Assembly: GCA_043800345.1 (NCBI GenBank)
Contig: JAZDNB010000015.1
Location: 1-59,383, forward strand
Source of the DNA: Candidatus Omnitrophota bacterium
GTDB lineage: Bacteria; Omnitrophota; Gorgyraeia; VGKN01
DNA: 59,383 nucleotides
Reading direction: 5' to 3'
Part shown: one piece after another, positions 55,213 through 59,383 of the stretch
How positions within the stretch are numbered: the stretch's first letter is position 1
Layout: every line of letters starts with the position of its first letter
Program-made: the position numbers and the translations under genes
Notes under the pieces: generated by a model
The model's input: the letters and a program-made list of their open reading frames with translations, nothing else
Database searches by the model: none
Told to the model about the DNA's origin: nothing

Positions 55213-55805
55213 TATGCACCATTTTCCTTATCGGTAATAACAAAAAGGGCGGTTAACGCAAAAAGTTCCCTCATAAACCGCACGAGTGTCTTTTTGCCTA
55301 AATAGTAGGCGCCTGTTATCGTAATATTTTTTTTCGTACAATATTCCTTAAAATCACTTATGCTCAAAAATCGTAGGTTGGGCGTATCGTACCACCGGTA
55401 CGGCAGGGACGCGGTAACCGGGGCTTTGCCGGTAAAAAAAAGTATGAGACGCGCCTTGACATGGGCGAAATTGGGGAAACCCACGATTACCTGCTTTCCT
55501 ACGCGCAGGGATTCCTTAAGGACAAATTCCACCTTTTTAACTTCCTGCAAACTCTGGTTCAGGATGACATAATCAAAAGATTTGTCGGGGTATTCGGTCA
55601 GGCCGCTGTCAATATCACTATGAAAAACGCTCAGGCCTTTCCCGACACACTTATAGATTGCCTCATCGTCCAGTTCAATACCTTGCACCCTGGCATTTTT
55701 TTCTCCTGCCAGATAGAACATGAGTTCTCCGTCGCCGCAGCCAAGATCCAAAACCTTTGAGCTAGGTTTGATTATACCGGCAATAATTTTATAATCCAGT
55801 CGCAT
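55212..55805 (-). CDS. metW: Methionine biosynthesis protein MetW
   Basis: 197 aa. VLDLGCGDGEL SAM-MTase-like motif. Directly follows metX. Confidence 0.88.
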   Translation of the reverse strand: MRLDYKIIAGIIKPSSKVLDLGCGDGELMFYLAGEKNARVQGIELDDEAIYKCVGKGLSVFHSDIDSGLTEYPDKSFDYVILNQSLQEVKKVEFVLKESLRVGKQVIVGFPNFAHVKARLILFFTGKAPVTASLPYRWYDTPNLRFLSISDFKEYCTKKNITITGAYYLGKKTLVRFMRELFALTALFVITDKENGA

Positions 55806-55807
55806 CT

Positions 55808-56941
55808 TTACCGGGCTCCTTTAAGTTCTAACGTCTTACGCAAAAAATGCTTGATAAGGTGCGTTTCTTCTTCTATTTCCAGGAGAAAGGCATCATGCCC
55901 ATAGGTAGAATTTATCTCACAGTAGGTGGCATCTATAGCTCGCATTTTAAGCTGCCTCACAATCTCCTGGGATTGGTAGGCGGGATAGAGCCAGTCTGAC
56001 TTAAACGCAATGACCAAAAAACGCACATCTATGTGTTTATCCCGGGGAAGAAGCTTGTCGGCCGAGAGGTCAAAATAATCCATCGCCTTGGTTATATAAA
56101 GATAGGAATTGGCGTCAAAGCGTTTTACGAAGTTATCGCCCCTATAGCGCAAATAACCTTCCACCTCAAAATCTGCGGTAAATTTAAAACTGCTGTCTTT
56201 ACCTTTAAGGCGGCGCGAAAATTTTTCTTCCATCGATGTATCACTCATGTATGTGATGTGTCCTATCATGCGCGCAATCGCAAGTCCTCTTTCCGGTTTT
56301 TTTGCTCCGTAGTAATTGCCTTCCTTCCAGTCCGCATCCGCCATGACGGCTTGCCTTCCTACCTCATCAAAGGCAATCTGCTGGGGGGAATGTTTTAATG
56401 CAGTCGCTATAGGTATGGCGCTCTCTACGCATTCAGGATATGAGCTCACCCACTGCAATACCTGCATCCCTCCCACGGAACCGCCGATGACGCAGAGTAG
56501 TTTTTTTATACCGAGATATTCTATGAGATGCTTCTGCGCTTTTACCATATCGGCGATGCTAATAAGCGGAAAATCAAGGGCATACGGTTTAGCCGTTTTC
56601 GGATTTATGGATGAGGGGCCTGTGCTTCCTCTGCAGCCGCCTATTATATTGGAACATATAATAAAATATTTATCGCTGTCAAGCGCCTTGCCGGGCCCGA
56701 TCATCGCATCCCACCAGCCTGGATTATCTTTACCTTCATGAACACCGGCGCCGTGCGCATCTCCCGAAAGCGCGTGTGCGACTAAAATCGCATTGGTTTT
56801 TTCGTCATTAAGCTTCCCGTATGTCTCGTAGGCAAGGCTAATGGGACCCAGCGTCTGGCCTAATTTTAATTTAAGCTCATGCGGCGGTTCGGCAAAGGTA
56901 AAATATTCTGTTTTGACTATCCCTATGCTTTTTTCTTTCAT
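55808..56941 (-). CDS. metX: Homoserine O-acetyltransferase
   Basis: 377 aa. HALSGDAH and GGSVGGMQ nucleophile elbow. Confidence 0.93.
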   Translation of the reverse strand: MKEKSIGIVKTEYFTFAEPPHELKLKLGQTLGPISLAYETYGKLNDEKTNAILVAHALSGDAHGAGVHEGKDNPGWWDAMIGPGKALDSDKYFIICSNIIGGCRGSTGPSSINPKTAKPYALDFPLISIADMVKAQKHLIEYLGIKKLLCVIGGSVGGMQVLQWVSSYPECVESAIPIATALKHSPQQIAFDEVGRQAVMADADWKEGNYYGAKKPERGLAIARMIGHITYMSDTSMEEKFSRRLKGKDSSFKFTADFEVEGYLRYRGDNFVKRFDANSYLYITKAMDYFDLSADKLLPRDKHIDVRFLVIAFKSDWLYPAYQSQEIVRQLKMRAIDATYCEINSTYGHDAFLLEIEEETHLIKHFLRKTLELKGAR

Positions 56942-57873
56942 GTCATATACTCCTGATATAACCAGGTGGAGAGATACCGCTCTCCCGTATCCGGTAAGAC
57001 TACGACGATTATCTTATCTTTTGCATCGCTCCGTTTTGCAACTTCTAATGCTGCCCACATGGCAGCACCGCTTGATATCCCCGCAAAGATGCCTTCCTGC
57101 CGCGCAAGTTTTCTTGCGATATCTCCGGCATCGTCGCTACCGACCTTGATAATTTCGTCCATTATTTTTTCGTTGAGGATATTCGGAATGAACCCTGCCC
57201 CTATACCTTGGATTTTATGCGCTCCCGCTTTCCCGCCCGACAACACGGGGGAGTCAACCGGCTCAACCCCTATAACCCTGACAGAAGGGTTTTTCTTTTT
57301 AAGCACTTCGCCGACACCTGTGATAGTACCGCCGGTGCCGATACCTGAGACAAATATGTCGATTTTTCCGTCGGTATCTTTTATAAGTTCCTCTGCGGTG
57401 GTTGTGCGGTGAATTTCAGGGTTTGCCGGATTATTAAACTGTTGCGGCATAAAACTATTTGGCGTCTTTTTGATGAGTTCTTCGGCTTTTTCCACGGCAC
57501 CCCGCATGCCCTTCGGGCCTTCCGTGAGCACAAGCTCCGCTCCAAAAATTTTAAGCAGCTGCCTGCGTTCTACGCTCATGGTTTCAGGCATAGTCAAGAT
57601 AAGTTTATACCCTTTTACGGCGCATACAAAGGCAAGCGCTATACCGGTATTTCCGCTTGTCGGCTCTATAATGACCGAATCCTTTTTTAAAGTGCCTTCT
57701 TTTTCCGCTGCCTCAATCATGGCAACGCCTATTCTGTCTTTTACGCTTGAAAGCGGATTGAAAAATTCAAGTTTTGCAAGCACAGTCCCGGGCAGGCCGC
57801 GCGAAAGTTTATTTATCCTGACAAGAGGGGTACGACCTATTGTTTTCGTTATATCTTCGAATATATTAGGCAT
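56938..57873 (-). CDS. cysK: Cysteine synthase A (O-acetylserine sulfhydrylase)
   Basis: 311 aa. [12 protein letters not shown]-Lys and [10 protein letters not shown] motifs. Confidence 0.93.
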   Translation of the reverse strand: MPNIFEDITKTIGRTPLVRINKLSRGLPGTVLAKLEFFNPLSSVKDRIGVAMIEAAEKEGTLKKDSVIIEPTSGNTGIALAFVCAVKGYKLILTMPETMSVERRQLLKIFGAELVLTEGPKGMRGAVEKAEELIKKTPNSFMPQQFNNPANPEIHRTTTAEELIKDTDGKIDIFVSGIGTGGTITGVGEVLKKKNPSVRVIGVEPVDSPVLSGGKAGAHKIQGIGAGFIPNILNEKIMDEIIKVGSDDAGDIARKLARQEGIFAGISSGAAMWAALEVAKRSDAKDKIIVVVLPDTGERYLSTWLYQEYMT

Positions 57874-57937
57874 GTCATTTGTTCTCCTTATAGCAAGATT
57901 TTAGCCGCTGAAGTATCTATTCTTATATGTATCTTCG

Positions 57938-59383
<1,446 letters not shown>

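Overview
This is a 59.4-kb, very gene-dense, AT-leaning bacterial chromosomal segment. I call about 70 protein genes and 4 tRNAs, and all but three CDS lie on the minus strand. Many neighbouring genes overlap by 1-4 nt (ATGA/TTGA) or are only a few nt apart.

The content is mostly housekeeping:
- the rpsF-ssb-rpsR-rplI, pth, rplY, prs, glmU and clpX block
- spoVG, ispE and a split transketolase
- hisG, a PpiD-like chaperone, maf, nrdR, comEB, glyA, rpiB, ywlE and tsaC
- a nearly complete purine operon (purE, D, M, F ... Q, L, C, B, plus purN further on)
- eno, ftsB, a phosphohexomutase and trxA
- a complete rnfCDGEAB operon, trxB and an MFS transporter
- ychF and a metW-metX-cysK-metY sulfur amino acid cluster preceded by a partial Rrf2-type regulator

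The lineage cannot be named from the sequence alone. The Rnf complex and split transketolase fit an anaerobe with a compact genome.

The non-routine content is:
1. A modular, hairpin-rich intergenic repeat family with four copies. It shows a compensatory stem change and a hairpin swap between copies. One copy forms essentially the whole predicted 5' leader of the rnf operon.
2. Five secreted or envelope protein genes sit inside the pur operon. They encode a lipoprotein, a pilin-HExxH fusion, a coiled-coil protein, a lipase fused to the same coiled-coil module, and a LolA-like protein. Part of this block is a strongly AT-rich island.
3. A promoter- and terminator-bracketed 57-aa protein carries a duplicated CC-x2-C-x5-C motif and is divergent from rnf.
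4. There are four-unit heptanucleotide arrays, some of them inside pur coding sequences.
5. SpoVG carries an inserted zinc ribbon.
6. nrdR is frameshifted.
7. An 837-aa orphan protein is present.
8. A roughly 110-nt palindromic multi-hairpin element is present.

No CRISPR array, transposase, integrase or recognisable defence genes were seen.
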